A stretch of 64,000 nt of DNA from an uncultured Verrucomicrobiae bacterium (GCA_963801815.1 CAWDGJ010000003.1:832001-896000); one strand, 5' to 3'; counted from the first letter of the stretch, positions 10,121 through 24,630 are shown. Notes: a model not told the origin generated them from the sequence alone. A program made the numbers and translations.

Positions 10121-10174
10121 GGCTTCAAGCGGCGCGGCCAAAGCGCTGCCGGCAGTCGAACTAAATTTGAACAG

Positions 10175-10190
10175 GGGCACCGAAGCTGCT
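10175..10190 (+). promoter_or_regulatory. putative sigma-54 (-24/-12) promoter
   Basis: gGGCACcgaagcTGCT, GG-N10-GC spacing, just upstream of the small ORF at 10209. Confidence 0.45.
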
Positions 10191-10208
10191 GTCAAAAGAC
10201 CAACAGCA

Positions 10209-10391
10209 ATGAAGAAGAACAGCCTAATCCTCAAACCCCGAACCAAACTTTCACTCGGCGACCTGATCCTTGCCGTTAGCTCCTGCACGAGCAACACCAA
10301 GGAGACCGTCGCGACAGTAGCTGACCTGCTCGGCAGCGGAAAGGTGCGCCTCCAAAGCGACGGCAAATTCCTCCGCGCCAAGGTTTGCTAG
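10209..10391 (+). CDS. small (60 aa) basic hypothetical protein
   Basis: MKKNSLILKPRTKLSLGDLILAVSSCT... Fills the intergenic gap and is followed by a clear terminator. Confidence 0.7.
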   Translation: MKKNSLILKPRTKLSLGDLILAVSSCTSNTKETVATVADLLGSGKVRLQSDGKFLRAKVC

Positions 10392-10427
10392 GGTCCGAGC
10401 CGCACTGGCACTAAAAGCGAATTTCTG

Positions 10428-10466
10428 AATCGCTCCGACGGATTGTCTGTCGGAGCGATTTTTTTT
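10428..10466 (+). terminator. Rho-independent terminator
   Basis: Stem aatcgctccgac...gtcggagcgatt followed by a T run. Confidence 0.85.
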
Positions 10467-10510
10467 GCGCAAAACACTTTCGCGTTTGACACGCCAATCT
10501 ATCTTGCGGC

Positions 10511-11806
10511 GTGATTGATCGTTATTCCCGGCCACAGATGCGCCACATCTGGTCGGACGAACGCAAATATCAAATCTGGCTGGAGATCGAGCTGCTTGCC
10601 TGCGAGGCAATGGCCGACCTCGGCCAGATTCCAAAACAAGACGCTGCCGAGATTCGGAAGAAAGCACGCTTTTCAATTCCAGAAATTCTGGAGATCGAGA
10701 AGCGCACCAATCATGACGTCATCGCGTTTCTGGAAAATGTAGCGGCATCGGTTGGGCCGGCTGCCCGCTGGATTCATCAAGGCCTCACTTCATCGGACAT
10801 TCTCGACACAACACTTTCCGTTCAATTAACCGAGTCGATCAATATCCTGGCTGAGGATTTAAAGCAGGTTCGCAACATGATCGCCGTTCAGGCGCGCCGG
10901 TACAAAATGACGCCGATGATCGGGCGTAGTCACGGCGTCCATGCCGAGCCAATCACTTTCGGTTTAAAAATGGCGCTGATGTTCGACGAGTTCGGCCGCG
11001 CGGAAGAGCGTCTCGCCCAGATGCGCGAGCGTGTTCGTGTGGGCAAAATCAGCGGCGCAGTTGGAACGCACGCACACGTTGACCCGAAAGTGGAACGCGC
11101 GGTGTGCGGAAAACTCGGACTCAAACCCGCCACGTTGTCGACGCAGATTGTGCAGCGCGACCGTCACGCCGAGTTCATGACGACTCTGGCGGTGATTGCG
11201 TCGAGTATTGATCGCTGGGCGACGGAATTTCGTCATCTTCAACGGACCGAAGTCTTCGAACTGGAAGAATATTTCGGCGAAGGCCAGAAGGGCAGCTCTG
11301 CCATGCCGCACAAACGGAATCCAATCACGAGCGAACGATTGAGTGGTCTCGCGCGCGTGATTCGCGGCAACGCGATGGTTGCGCTCGAGAATGTCGCCCT
11401 TTGGCACGAACGCGACATCAGTCACTCGAGCGCGGAGCGAATCATTTTGCCAGACTCAAGCATCCTGATGGACTTCATGCTGAATGAGCTCCGGAATTTG
11501 GTCGAGCGGTTCCAGGTTTATCCCGAACGGATGCAGCAAAACCTCGAGCTGACGAAAGGCCTTTATAACAGCCAATCGATCCTGCTCGCTCTAACGCGCG
11601 CTGGAGCGGAGCGCAAGGCCGCTTACGAAGCAGTCCAACGCGCCGCGATGAAGACCTGGAAGGGCGGGGGGACGCTGGCGGAAAACGTGAAAAAAGAGCC
11701 GGAGATTACCGCAAAACTTTCCGCGGAAGAGATCGACCGGCTTTGTTCGTTGGAAGTCCACTTGCGGCATGTCGATGAGACATTCAAAGCGCTTGGCTTG
11801 GAATGA
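10511..11806 (+). CDS. purB: adenylosuccinate lyase
   Basis: MIDRYSRP start and GSSAMPHKRNP fumarate-lyase signature. Confidence 0.97.
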   Translation: MIDRYSRPQMRHIWSDERKYQIWLEIELLACEAMADLGQIPKQDAAEIRKKARFSIPEILEIEKRTNHDVIAFLENVAASVGPAARWIHQGLTSSDILDTTLSVQLTESINILAEDLKQVRNMIAVQARRYKMTPMIGRSHGVHAEPITFGLKMALMFDEFGRAEERLAQMRERVRVGKISGAVGTHAHVDPKVERAVCGKLGLKPATLSTQIVQRDRHAEFMTTLAVIASSIDRWATEFRHLQRTEVFELEEYFGEGQKGSSAMPHKRNPITSERLSGLARVIRGNAMVALENVALWHERDISHSSAERIILPDSSILMDFMLNELRNLVERFQVYPERMQQNLELTKGLYNSQSILLALTRAGAERKAAYEAVQRAAMKTWKGGGTLAENVKKEPEITAKLSAEEIDRLCSLEVHLRHVDETFKALGLE

Positions 11807-11867
11807 ATCGACAAGTCTGAGAGCCGAAATTGTTTCCCTGTTATTCGCAACGGTAGCAAATGGGCGA

Positions 11868-13829
11868 TTATCTGATCGGACTCAAGAGCAGTTCGGTGAT
11901 ACGTCCGTAACTGTCGAGTTTTTCGACGCGCATTTCGAACTTCGCCGCGGTTTGTTCAGGCGCTTTGGGATTTAAGGTGACGCGAACCGCGCTCGTAGGC
12001 CAGTTTAAGATCAGCTGGGCCAGCTGAAAGTTCTGCGTTAGCTCCACCGCCTTCAGCTCCAGGTGTGCCAGTAATTCCATCGTCATCGGCGTTGTGCCCG
12101 AAGGAGTCAGCTGAACACGCGCCCGCGTTTCATTTGGAATCACCGCCACGCCACCGATCTCGAATGCGTTTCGCATTTGGGCGGGTTGCAAAGGCTTCGC
12201 CGTAGGAAGCAATCGGAGACTGGAAATGCGACCCTCCGCGCTGAATTGTGCCGTCCCAATTTGAAACCCTGTTTCGGCGGGGATTGCGTTCCGGGCCGTT
12301 GCCGATTCCAAGCGAAGTGAAGCCATCAGTGACGCCGGGCGCGCGCGAATCGCGCCCATCTGTAGCTGAGACGTGAGCTGCATTGAAAGCACTTCCAGAA
12401 AAAGACCCAGCACTGCTCCGCTACCATCAGTTGGCGCGACGCGAACCGCCGGAGTAGCGGGTGATGGTTTGCGCTGCTCAATCAGGGATTCAGTTGGTAT
12501 CCGAACCGGTTCCCGAAAGACAAGGGGGTGAGTAAAAACTGGCTCCCTCGTTTCGCGAACGGGCGATTCAACAATGATCTCTTGTCTGGGTGGTGGTGAC
12601 GGCTTCCGTTGAACGATCGGCGCCAACGCGGGTGGTGATTCAATGACTGAGGGGGCAACTGCTGGTTCCGTGATTTTCTTAGTGAGTTTTCGCTCACCGG
12701 CCAACGTTCGTCTTACCAAGTCGATAAGGGCCTCTGAGAGAAAAGGCTTCTCGATAGCGGCTACAACGTTAGGAAAGCGCGCCGCGGTCGCATTCATTTG
12801 TTGAACGTGGCCGGACATCATGAGCACCGGGACGTTTGCGGTTTGCTCGTTTTCCAATAGCCGCCGGCAAATTTCGTCGCCATTGAAATCGGGCAGACTG
12901 TAATCCAGGAGAACGAGATCGGGATTAGCGCGATCGATTTCTCGCAAACCCTCACTTGCACTCACCGCCGTAGTGATCCGCAGGTCAGGTTCGGCCGTTG
13001 CCAAAACGTCTTCGACAAAGATCAAAAGCATCTCGGTGTCGTCGATTACGACGATTCTCTTTCCGACTTCTGGTAGAGCTTCGGTGACGCGCGGACGCGG
13101 TGCCTTGGGAGCCTCCGGCTGCGTTTCGTGCAGGACTTCGACGACAACAGCGGGCCAAGCCGTTGTGATGGTCCGCCGGATCGATCCGGTGATTCTTTTT
13201 TCGCTGAAGTTTGCTGTGGACCAGCCCAGGATCTGGGCGAGGGCATTTTCTCCTTTGATTCTTCCGGTTTCGGCGTGAACCACCTGGCCTGCGGCAATTT
13301 CAATCTCGCCGCTTCGGCCGCGCGAACGAATCTCCAGGATTACGTTGGCGCCCGCGGCACAATGCATAAGCACAAGGTCGATCCCACTGAGCGCGTGCAA
13401 AGTTCCGCGCGATTCCGATTCCCTCCACGGTCCGAGCAACGCCTGGACGGCCGCGCCGAAGGTTGCGAGCTCATACGGCTTTTCGACAAATTGCAGGCCG
13501 CCAAGAGATCCGCGTTCAGCGGAAATCCCGGAGGGGATTGCGGTGCCGATGACCAGAACGCGAGCGGCCGGGTGCGAATCTCGAAGTTTTTCTAGCAGCT
13601 CCGTTATTCCGGACCACGGTGGATCGACATCGAGGATAAAAAGATCGGGTTCGAGATCGTTGGCAAACTTTTCGAGTTCCTTAAGAGTGCGCGCGAGAAC
13701 GACGGCGTGGTTCGGCGCGAATTTCTTCAGCGCTGAACCGATGGCCGCCGCCAGCGCGTCGTACTCTTCGAGCAAGACGATACTGGGTTGCGCGACAGCT
13801 TTGTTGGTAGACTTCGGACGAGCAGGCAC
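11868..13829 (-). CDS. multidomain response regulator: REC - DUF4388/PATAN-like - REC - Pro-rich linker - repeated C-terminal domain
   Basis: Two receiver-like segments (PDLFILDVDPP; VIDDTE...PDLVLLDYSLPD) and SGEIEIAAGQVVHAETG...GENALAQILGW, typical of DUF4388. Confidence 0.8.
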   Translation of the reverse strand: MPARPKSTNKAVAQPSIVLLEEYDALAAAIGSALKKFAPNHAVVLARTLKELEKFANDLEPDLFILDVDPPWSGITELLEKLRDSHPAARVLVIGTAIPSGISAERGSLGGLQFVEKPYELATFGAAVQALLGPWRESESRGTLHALSGIDLVLMHCAAGANVILEIRSRGRSGEIEIAAGQVVHAETGRIKGENALAQILGWSTANFSEKRITGSIRRTITTAWPAVVVEVLHETQPEAPKAPRPRVTEALPEVGKRIVVIDDTEMLLIFVEDVLATAEPDLRITTAVSASEGLREIDRANPDLVLLDYSLPDFNGDEICRRLLENEQTANVPVLMMSGHVQQMNATAARFPNVVAAIEKPFLSEALIDLVRRTLAGERKLTKKITEPAVAPSVIESPPALAPIVQRKPSPPPRQEIIVESPVRETREPVFTHPLVFREPVRIPTESLIEQRKPSPATPAVRVAPTDGSGAVLGLFLEVLSMQLTSQLQMGAIRARPASLMASLRLESATARNAIPAETGFQIGTAQFSAEGRISSLRLLPTAKPLQPAQMRNAFEIGGVAVIPNETRARVQLTPSGTTPMTMELLAHLELKAVELTQNFQLAQLILNWPTSAVRVTLNPKAPEQTAAKFEMRVEKLDSYGRITELLLSPIR

Positions 13830-13905
13830 CTGGATAAGCCGTTAAGGTTTCTAGAGTACGACAAAGCTGAAGCGCTGGTCAAAGGGAAGCAGGTGCAGTC
13901 TCGAA

Positions 13906-15147
<1,242 letters not shown>

Positions 15148-15151
15148 GGTC

Positions 15152-15377
15152 AAAATCCAAACTTCGAAATCCGAAGACCGAAACAAATTCGAAATCTAAA
15201 ATTCAAATGCATTCTTTCGACTTTGGGCACGATTGATCCGAAGACGTGGCTGGCTTTTGCGAACTGCATGTGTCCTCTTCGAGATCACAAGATTTTGTCG
15301 CGCCGGTAGTCGACATTGTCCGAGGGATTTTTGAATTTCGGTATTCGAGTTTGTTTCGATATTCAGACTTCGAATTT
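15152..15377. mobile_element. ~48-bp heptamer-based inverted repeats enclosing a decayed four-helix-bundle gene fragment
   Basis: Left arm aaacttcgaaatccgaagaccgaaacaaattcgaaatctaaaattcaaa. Reverse complement of the right arm: aaattcgaagtctgaatatcgaaacaaactcgaataccgaaattcaaa. Confidence 0.7.
15208..15316 (-). pseudogene. truncated, frameshifted four-helix-bundle (TIGR02436-like) gene remnant
   Basis: Reads MSTTGATKSCDLEEDT/[frameshift]/QFAKASHVFGSIVPKV. This resembles the family N-terminus pattern (DLEERTFQFA...LPK) and [10 protein letters not shown]...LP of the intact copy at 33427. Confidence 0.55.
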
Positions 15378-16661
15378 CTATTCATATCTCAGTGCCGTCA
15401 CCGGATCGAGACGTGAAGCTGTCCATGCCGGGGCAAAGCCGGAGATTAGGCCGGTGAGCACTGAAACAATCATGCTGCCGACAACAAGCCCTAACGAAAA
15501 TTGGATAGGGAACGACGGAAACGCTTTTCCGATTCCGAAGCAGAGAAGGTAGGCGAAAGCCAGGCCAATAAATCCGCCAAGAAGACAAAGTGCGGTCGAT
15601 TCAATCAGGAACTGCAACAGAATCGTGCGCCGCCGCGCGCCTAGCGCCTTGCGCGTTCCAATTTCCTTTGTCCGCTCTTTCACGCTTACGAATGTGATGT
15701 TCATGATGCCGATCGCGCCGACAAACAGCGACAGCCCGGTGATGAAAAGTCCGGCGATCGCGATTGTGTTCTTAACCGGATCAAGCGTGCTCTTGAATGC
15801 CTGTTGTTCGTTGATCGAAAAATCCTCCTTTTTCTCGGGCGACAAACCGCGCACTCGTCGCATGATTCCCGTCAGCTCATCTTTTGCTTCCGGGAGTTTC
15901 TTTTTGTCTTTTATTTTCACGCGCACGTCCGATTCGGTCGAAGCGGCACCTGGGCGCACGTCCGAGGCACTCTTCGAACTGAAATATTTGTTAAACGCCG
16001 TCAATGGTATCGCAACCATCGAGTCCCAGCTGAACAGTCCCAGAAACGTTCCTTGTCGCGCATTAACGCCGATCACCTTGAAATTTTGCCCGTTGATCAA
16101 AACGGTCTTGTCGATCGGGCTTTCCGATGGAAAGAGCGCGTCAGCCACGTCGTAGCCGATGACGACGACTTGAGCGCCTTCGCGCGATTCGATTTCGTTG
16201 AAGAACCGGCCTTCTTTGCAGTCGATGGTCGATGTCAGCGTAAAATCTGACGTCGTGCCCAGCGTGAAAACGCCATCCACCTCGTTGCCGCCGAACTTCA
16301 CCGAGCGCATCAAGCTCGACGTTGGCACCGCCACGATCAGATTGGAGTTTGGCGTGGCAGCGATGATTCGATTGATTTTGTCAGCGTAATCGGTCTCGAT
16401 TTTTTTCCGGTCGCGATAGTTCCACCAGTCATCCACCGGCTTCCAAGGCCATTGCGTGACGTAGAGAACGTCGTCGCCGAGCACGGACATGCTGTTGTCG
16501 AAACCGATTGAAATTCCGCTAATCGCGGTTCCCATCAATGTCACCGCAACGATCCCGATAATGACGCCAAGCGCGGTCAGGGTTGACCGCATCATGTTGG
16601 AACGCATCTGCGCCGCGGCGATCTTCCAGCTCTCCTCCACTTCGTAAAGAATGCGTTTCAT
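15378..16661 (-). CDS. ABC transporter permease (MacB/FtsX family)
   Basis: RSTLTALGVIIGI, GIMNITFVSVKERTKEIGTRKALGA and LDPVTALRYE motifs. Confidence 0.93.
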   Translation of the reverse strand: MKRILYEVEESWKIAAAQMRSNMMRSTLTALGVIIGIVAVTLMGTAISGISIGFDNSMSVLGDDVLYVTQWPWKPVDDWWNYRDRKKIETDYADKINRIIAATPNSNLIVAVPTSSLMRSVKFGGNEVDGVFTLGTTSDFTLTSTIDCKEGRFFNEIESREGAQVVVIGYDVADALFPSESPIDKTVLINGQNFKVIGVNARQGTFLGLFSWDSMVAIPLTAFNKYFSSKSASDVRPGAASTESDVRVKIKDKKKLPEAKDELTGIMRRVRGLSPEKKEDFSINEQQAFKSTLDPVKNTIAIAGLFITGLSLFVGAIGIMNITFVSVKERTKEIGTRKALGARRRTILLQFLIESTALCLLGGFIGLAFAYLLCFGIGKAFPSFPIQFSLGLVVGSMIVSVLTGLISGFAPAWTASRLDPVTALRYE

Positions 16662-16667
16662 TTCAGC

Positions 16668-17408
16668 TCAGCTTGCGACTGCCGCGTCGAGTTCGGGGAT
16701 GAATCCCATGTGGTCCATTTCGATCAGCCCATCTCGGAGATGAATCGTGCGGCGCGCATGCGCGGCGATATCGCGCTCGTGCGTGACCAAAATGATGGTG
16801 TTGCCTCGTTTATAAAGGTCTTCAAGCAACGCCATGATTTCGTCGCCGGTTTTGGAATCGAGATTTCCCGTCGGCTCGTCCGCCAGAATGATCGACGGAT
16901 CGTTCACCAGGGCACGCGCAATCGCAACCCGTTGACGTTGGCCGCCAGACAATTCGTTAGGTTTGTGGTGGATGCGATCGCCCAAACCTACGTCAATAAG
17001 CGCGCGTTCCGCGCGGTCTCGCCGCGCTTCCGGATCCATCCCGGCGTAGATGAGTGGCAGTTCGACGTTGCGCAATGCGTTGGCGCGCGGCAGCAGGTTG
17101 AACGTCTGAAAAACAAAGCCGATCTCCCGGTTCCGGATCGCTGCCAGCTCGTCATCGTCCATTTCCTTGACGTTGCGTCCGTTGAACTCGTAACGGCCGG
17201 AGCTCGGCGTATCGAGGCAACCCAGCATGTTCATCAAGGTTGATTTGCCGCTCCCGCTGGGGCCCATTACGGCCAGGTATTCGTTTCGGCGAATCTGTAA
17301 CGTGACGCCGCGCAACGCGTGCACGATTTCTTCACCCATCACGTAATCTTTTGTGATGTTTTCGATGTCGATCACCACCGCGCCGGGCTCACGAGTGATG
17401 AGTGACAT
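16668..17408 (-). CDS. ABC transporter ATP-binding protein (MacB/LolD-like)
   Basis: [24 protein letters not shown] and [11 protein letters not shown] motifs. Confidence 0.95.
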   Translation of the reverse strand: MSLITREPGAVVIDIENITKDYVMGEEIVHALRGVTLQIRRNEYLAVMGPSGSGKSTLMNMLGCLDTPSSGRYEFNGRNVKEMDDDELAAIRNREIGFVFQTFNLLPRANALRNVELPLIYAGMDPEARRDRAERALIDVGLGDRIHHKPNELSGGQRQRVAIARALVNDPSIILADEPTGNLDSKTGDEIMALLEDLYKRGNTIILVTHERDIAAHARRTIHLRDGLIEMDHMGFIPELDAAVAS

Positions 17409-17424
17409 GTGACGAGTGACGAAT
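17390..17424. repeat. solo heptamer tandem array (gagtgac-like) spanning the ATPase start codon
   Basis: cacgagtgatgagtgacatgtgacgagtgacgaat; the minus-strand ATG at 17408 lies inside the array. Confidence 0.65.
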
Positions 17425-17425
17425 T

Positions 17426-18787
17426 CTACTTCGTCGCTTCCTTGTCGTAGGTTACTTTCGCGCCGTCTTTCAATTTGCGGCTGATCGCACTGTAGCTGCC
17501 GGAAATCACTTCATCGCCAGGTTGAACGCCGTCTTTGATTTCCATGTAGGTGTCGTCCGAAATTCCCGTCGTCACTTTGACCGATTGCGCTTTGCCGCCT
17601 TTTTTCAGAAACACCACCTTGGACAATTTCTCGCGTTCTTCTTTTTGGGCCGCTTTCTCCTGCTTTTCATTCACGTAATCAGCGTTGTTGTCGCCTTTAT
17701 CGCGGGCACTCGCTTTTAGTTTGCGCTTTTCAATTTCTTCCGGACTCAAATTGCTTTCGCCGGTTCGGATGGTGACAGCTTGCATCGGTACAGCTACCGC
17801 GTCTTTCACCATGTTGGTCTCGATATCGGCGGTGCAGCTCAGACCCGGTTTCAACGGAACATCATGGTCATCGACCCGAACCTTTACTTGAAAATTTGTC
17901 ACTTCTTCCTGGGTGCCGGAGCCGGTTGTGGTCCCGGTGTTCGCAATCTGATAAACCGTACCATGAAATTTGCGGTCGCCGTAAGCGTCGATCTTCACAT
18001 TCGCCTTGTCGCCGACTTTCACGTTCACGACATCGTTCTCGTTCACATCGACTCGTGCTTCCATGTGATTGAGGTCGGCCACGCGCATCACTTCTGTCCC
18101 AGCGAATTGTCCGGTCGCTACGATGCGTTCGCCGAGTTTGCTGTTTAGCATCGTCACTGTGCCATCGATCGGCGAATACACAGTCGTCTTGGAGAGTTGA
18201 TCGCGCGCCTGGCTCGAGCCGGCTTCGGCGCGCTCGATTTCATGAAGCGAGCTTTCGTAAGTATTCTTGGCTACATCGGCCGCGGCTTGCGCGGCGTTAT
18301 ACTCCTGAATCGAAATCGTTTTCTTGTTGTACATGTCATCGGCGCGTTTCAGATCCTGCGCTGCCTTCAGCATCGTTGCCTTTTGCTGGAGGTTTGTCGC
18401 TTTCGCAGAACTAATTGCCGCTTCCTGCTGTTCGAGCAGCGCCTTGTACGTGTCGGGCTTAATTTTAACCAGGAGGTCGTCTTTTTTGACCTTGCTACCG
18501 TCGTCCACCGGCAACTCGATGATCTCGCCTGCAACTTCCGGCGAGATTTTGACCTCTGTTTCCGGCTGAACCTTGCCAGTTGCCGAGACGGTTTGGAGAA
18601 TCGTCTTTCGCACCGCCTTTTCTGTTGTCACCGGGATCGGCTTCTCGCGCTTGGAGAGCGCGATTGAAACCATGAGCCACAACACGACGAAGCCCACTCC
18701 GCCCCAAATGATCTGTTTGCGGCGGCGGGCGCGTTGTTTGCGGGCGGCCTGTGGTGAGGTGTCGGGCGTGGTTAAGGTTTGGTGCAT
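17426..18787 (-). CDS. efflux periplasmic adaptor (MacA/HlyD-like membrane fusion protein)
   Basis: N-terminal [21 protein letters not shown], coiled coil, SPIDGTV lipoyl half. Confidence 0.92.
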   Translation of the reverse strand: MHQTLTTPDTSPQAARKQRARRRKQIIWGGVGFVVLWLMVSIALSKREKPIPVTTEKAVRKTILQTVSATGKVQPETEVKISPEVAGEIIELPVDDGSKVKKDDLLVKIKPDTYKALLEQQEAAISSAKATNLQQKATMLKAAQDLKRADDMYNKKTISIQEYNAAQAAADVAKNTYESSLHEIERAEAGSSQARDQLSKTTVYSPIDGTVTMLNSKLGERIVATGQFAGTEVMRVADLNHMEARVDVNENDVVNVKVGDKANVKIDAYGDRKFHGTVYQIANTGTTTGSGTQEEVTNFQVKVRVDDHDVPLKPGLSCTADIETNMVKDAVAVPMQAVTIRTGESNLSPEEIEKRKLKASARDKGDNNADYVNEKQEKAAQKEEREKLSKVVFLKKGGKAQSVKVTTGISDDTYMEIKDGVQPGDEVISGSYSAISRKLKDGAKVTYDKEATK

Positions 18788-18902
18788 GGCGACTCAGGGA
18801 GCGGGGAAGTCGGAAATTACCTCACTTTCGACCTTTTCCAACCAAACCCGTTCACCGGGCCGACAATGAGATGCAGGAACCGCGCCTCTCGGATTCAACG
18901 AT

Positions 18903-20021
18903 TTAATTTGGTTGCACCAGTCGCTGATGAATCTGGTGGATCGCCCACCGCGCGTGCTCGGCAATCAACGGCTCGAGATCGGTTGCGGCCTGCCTAAGCG
19001 CCGGCAGATCGTCCCGCCCTCCGACGTTACCCAGCGCGACGCAAACATTACGCAGAAAACCACGCCGCTTGATTCGTTTGATCGGTGAATCGCGAAACAG
19101 GTTGCGAAACTCCGCGTCGTCCAATTTCAAATAATCGCGAAGCGCGAATTCACTCGTCGATCTTCCGGCGGCAAAGGCGCTTTCGCGTGAAACCTGCGCG
19201 AAGCGATTCCAAGGGCAGGCGTCGAGACAATCGTCACAACCAAAGATGCGATCGCCCATTAGTGGTCGCAGCTCTTCGGGAATCGCGCTTTTCAATTCGA
19301 TCGTGAGATAAGAAATGCAGCGACGCGCGTCCAACCTATGTGGTGCAGTGATCGCACCCGTCGGACAAGCTGTGATGCAACGTTCGCACGTTCCGCAGCG
19401 ATCTCGGGCCGGCGCATTCGGTGGCAAGTCGAGCGTCGTCAAGATTTCCGCCAGAAAAAACCAGGTGCCGAGTTTTTCATCGATCAACATTGTGCTCTTG
19501 CCATGCCACCCAAGCCCCGCTCCTGCTGCGTGATCGCGTTCCAGGATCGGCCCGGTATCGACGTAACATTTCTGTTCGCCGCCAAATCCATGCAGGAATT
19601 CATCTATTTTCTTCAACTTCGAGGCGATCACATCGTGGTAGTCGTCTCCCCAAGCGTATCGCGCGATCCTTCCATTTGTTGCTGTAGTGGCGGCCGTGCC
19701 GGCCGCTCTTTTGTGTGCGGCCGACACGCCCGCCTCCACACCCTGAAAATAATTGAGGGCTAATACGATGATCGATTTCGCGCCGGGCAAAATCCTTTGC
19801 GGATCGCGACGCTTCTCTTCGCCGCGCGTCATGTAAGACATCTGACCATGCGCGCCATCGTTGAGCCAATCGTGGAATTGGTCGATGTGGGCTGAGCGAG
19901 CACACCGGGCAATGCGACAGGAATCGAAACCAAGTTGTTGCGCGTATCTGACGAGCCTTTCCTTCGTTTCCAGCGACGTTTCTGCCGTCGTCGCTGGCGG
20001 CAGTGAGGTTGTCACATTCAT
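18903..20021 (-). CDS. queG: epoxyqueuosine reductase
   Basis: IARYAWGDDYH, YVDTGPILER, CGTCERCITACPT and GCDDCLDACPWN motifs. Confidence 0.95.
   Translation of the reverse strand: MNVTTSLPPATTAETSLETKERLVRYAQQLGFDSCRIARCARSAHIDQFHDWLNDGAHGQMSYMTRGEEKRRDPQRILPGAKSIIVLALNYFQGVEAGVSAAHKRAAGTAATTATNGRIARYAWGDDYHDVIASKLKKIDEFLHGFGGEQKCYVDTGPILERDHAAGAGLGWHGKSTMLIDEKLGTWFFLAEILTTLDLPPNAPARDRCGTCERCITACPTGAITAPHRLDARRCISYLTIELKSAIPEELRPLMGDRIFGCDDCLDACPWNRFAQVSRESAFAAGRSTSEFALRDYLKLDDAEFRNLFRDSPIKRIKRRGFLRNVCVALGNVGGRDDLPALRQAATDLEPLIAEHARWAIHQIHQRLVQPN
19683..19740. repeat. REP-like palindromic doublet inserted in frame within queG
   Basis: tgtagtggcggccgtgccggccgc ... gcggccgacacgcccgcctccaca (inverted). 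A relative lies intergenically at 55920-55981. Confidence 0.75.
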
Positions 20022-20542
20022 GACGTCGCTAGTTGCTCGATTTTGTGCATGATGATTTCTGCCACCCCGTCGTGGTCTCGGTCGGAAGTGTCGATCTCAA
20101 AGTCGGCCGCGGCTTGGTAAAGCGGCACGCGTTTGCGAAGCAATTCGGAAAAGACTGTGCGCGACTGGTCATTTTGCAGTAACGGCCGGGTATTCCGTCG
20201 CGCCGCGCGCTCGAACAGCCTTGCCTCATCGCCATTTAACCAAACAATTGTGCCTAACCGTTTCAAAAGCTCGACGTTTCCCGGCCGAAGAACGATTCCA
20301 CCGCCTGTTGTGATTATCATCGGCCGGTCGGCGGTGACATTTCGGATGACTTCAGTCTCCGCGTCGCGAAACTTCTCTTCCCCATACTTTTGAAAAATTT
20401 TCGCAATCGAAAGCCCGAACTGTGCGGCGACTGCTTCGTCAGTGTCCAAATGAGCCAGACCTGTCCGGCGCGCCAGGGCGCGACCGACTGACGATTTTCC
20501 GGCGCCCATCATTCCGATGAGGACGATCGATCTCGCTTTCAC
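20018..20542 (-). CDS. aroK: shikimate kinase
   Basis: IVLIGMMGAGKSSVG, TGGGIV and RPLL motifs; GTG start inferred. Confidence 0.95.
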   Translation of the reverse strand: MKARSIVLIGMMGAGKSSVGRALARRTGLAHLDTDEAVAAQFGLSIAKIFQKYGEEKFRDAETEVIRNVTADRPMIITTGGGIVLRPGNVELLKRLGTIVWLNGDEARLFERAARRNTRPLLQNDQSRTVFSELLRKRVPLYQAAADFEIDTSDRDHDGVAEIIMHKIEQLATS

Positions 20543-20565
20543 TAGGCAATATCGTCGGGTCGGGG

Positions 20566-20679
20566 AAAGCTCCAAATCCCAGGCTCGAACTTCCAACAAA
20601 GGATGCAGTTACTTATTTGCCTTTTGAAGCTTGATAAATTGAAGGTTTTTTGGAGTTTGGACGTTGGGATTTGGAATTT
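20566..20679. repeat. inverted pair of heptamer arrays (tccaaat-like) between divergent aroK and purE
   Basis: aagctccaaatcccaggctcgaacttccaa versus the reverse complement of the right arm, aaattccaaatcccaacgtccaaactccaa. Confidence 0.75.
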
Positions 20680-20688
20680 TTAAACTGT

Positions 20689-21180
20689 ATGGCTGAGTCA
20701 AAACCTCTGGTCGCAATTATCATGGGCAGCAAATCGGATTGGGACACGATGCGACATGCTGCCGAAACTCTCGATGAGCTTGGCGTGCCTAACGAGGCGC
20801 GCGTGCTCTCGGCGCATCGCACACCAGAAGCGACCACGGAATTCGCCCGCAACGCCTCGGAGCGCGGTCTGCAGGTCATCATCGCCGGCGCAGGAGGCGC
20901 CGCGCATTTGGCCGGAGTGATCGCGGCGCACACGGTGTTGCCTGTTCTCGGCGTTCCCATCCAGTCCAAGTTGCAAGGTCTCGATTCGCTTTTGTCTACC
21001 GCGCAGATGCCGGGCGGAATTCCGGTTGGGACCCTGGCGATCGGAGATGCCGGCGCAAAAAACGCGGCGCTTCTCGCGGTCGCGATCCTGGCTACGCATG
21101 ACAAAAAACTGCGCGAAAAACTGGAAGCCTTTCGCAAGAAGCAATCCGAGAGCGTCCTTTCTGCAAAACTGCCGAGGTGA
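20689..21180 (+). CDS. purE: N5-carboxyaminoimidazole ribonucleotide mutase
   Basis: [17 protein letters not shown] and [11 protein letters not shown] motifs. Confidence 0.97.
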   Translation: MAESKPLVAIIMGSKSDWDTMRHAAETLDELGVPNEARVLSAHRTPEATTEFARNASERGLQVIIAGAGGAAHLAGVIAAHTVLPVLGVPIQSKLQGLDSLLSTAQMPGGIPVGTLAIGDAGAKNAALLAVAILATHDKKLREKLEAFRKKQSESVLSAKLPR

Positions 21181-21184
21181 CTCT

Positions 21185-21291
21185 TGTCATCCCGAGCGGA
21201 GCGAGGGATCTCACATTCGAAGCCGACGTCACACTATCTAAAGAGCGTGATAGATCACCCTGTGAGAGATTCCTCGCTTTGCTCGGATGAC
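21185..21291. repeat. REP/MITE-like palindromic element (GTCATCC...GGATGAC family)
   Basis: tgtcatcccgagcggagcgagggatctcaca ... tgtgagagattcctcgctttgctcggatgac. Second copy at 31762-31870. Confidence 0.8.
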
Positions 21292-21297
21292 CTCGCG

Positions 21298-24626
<3,329 letters not shown>

Positions 24627-24630
<4 letters not shown>

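Noticed and set aside
10405..10420. Second TGGCAC motif as a sigma-54 site for purB
   Set aside because: It lacks the correctly spaced -12 GC and lies upstream of a terminator.
21184..21297. N-terminal ORF extensions of tsaC (and similarly purE, nuoC and aroK)
   Set aside because: They are read-through translations of palindromic repeats; homology begins at downstream starts.
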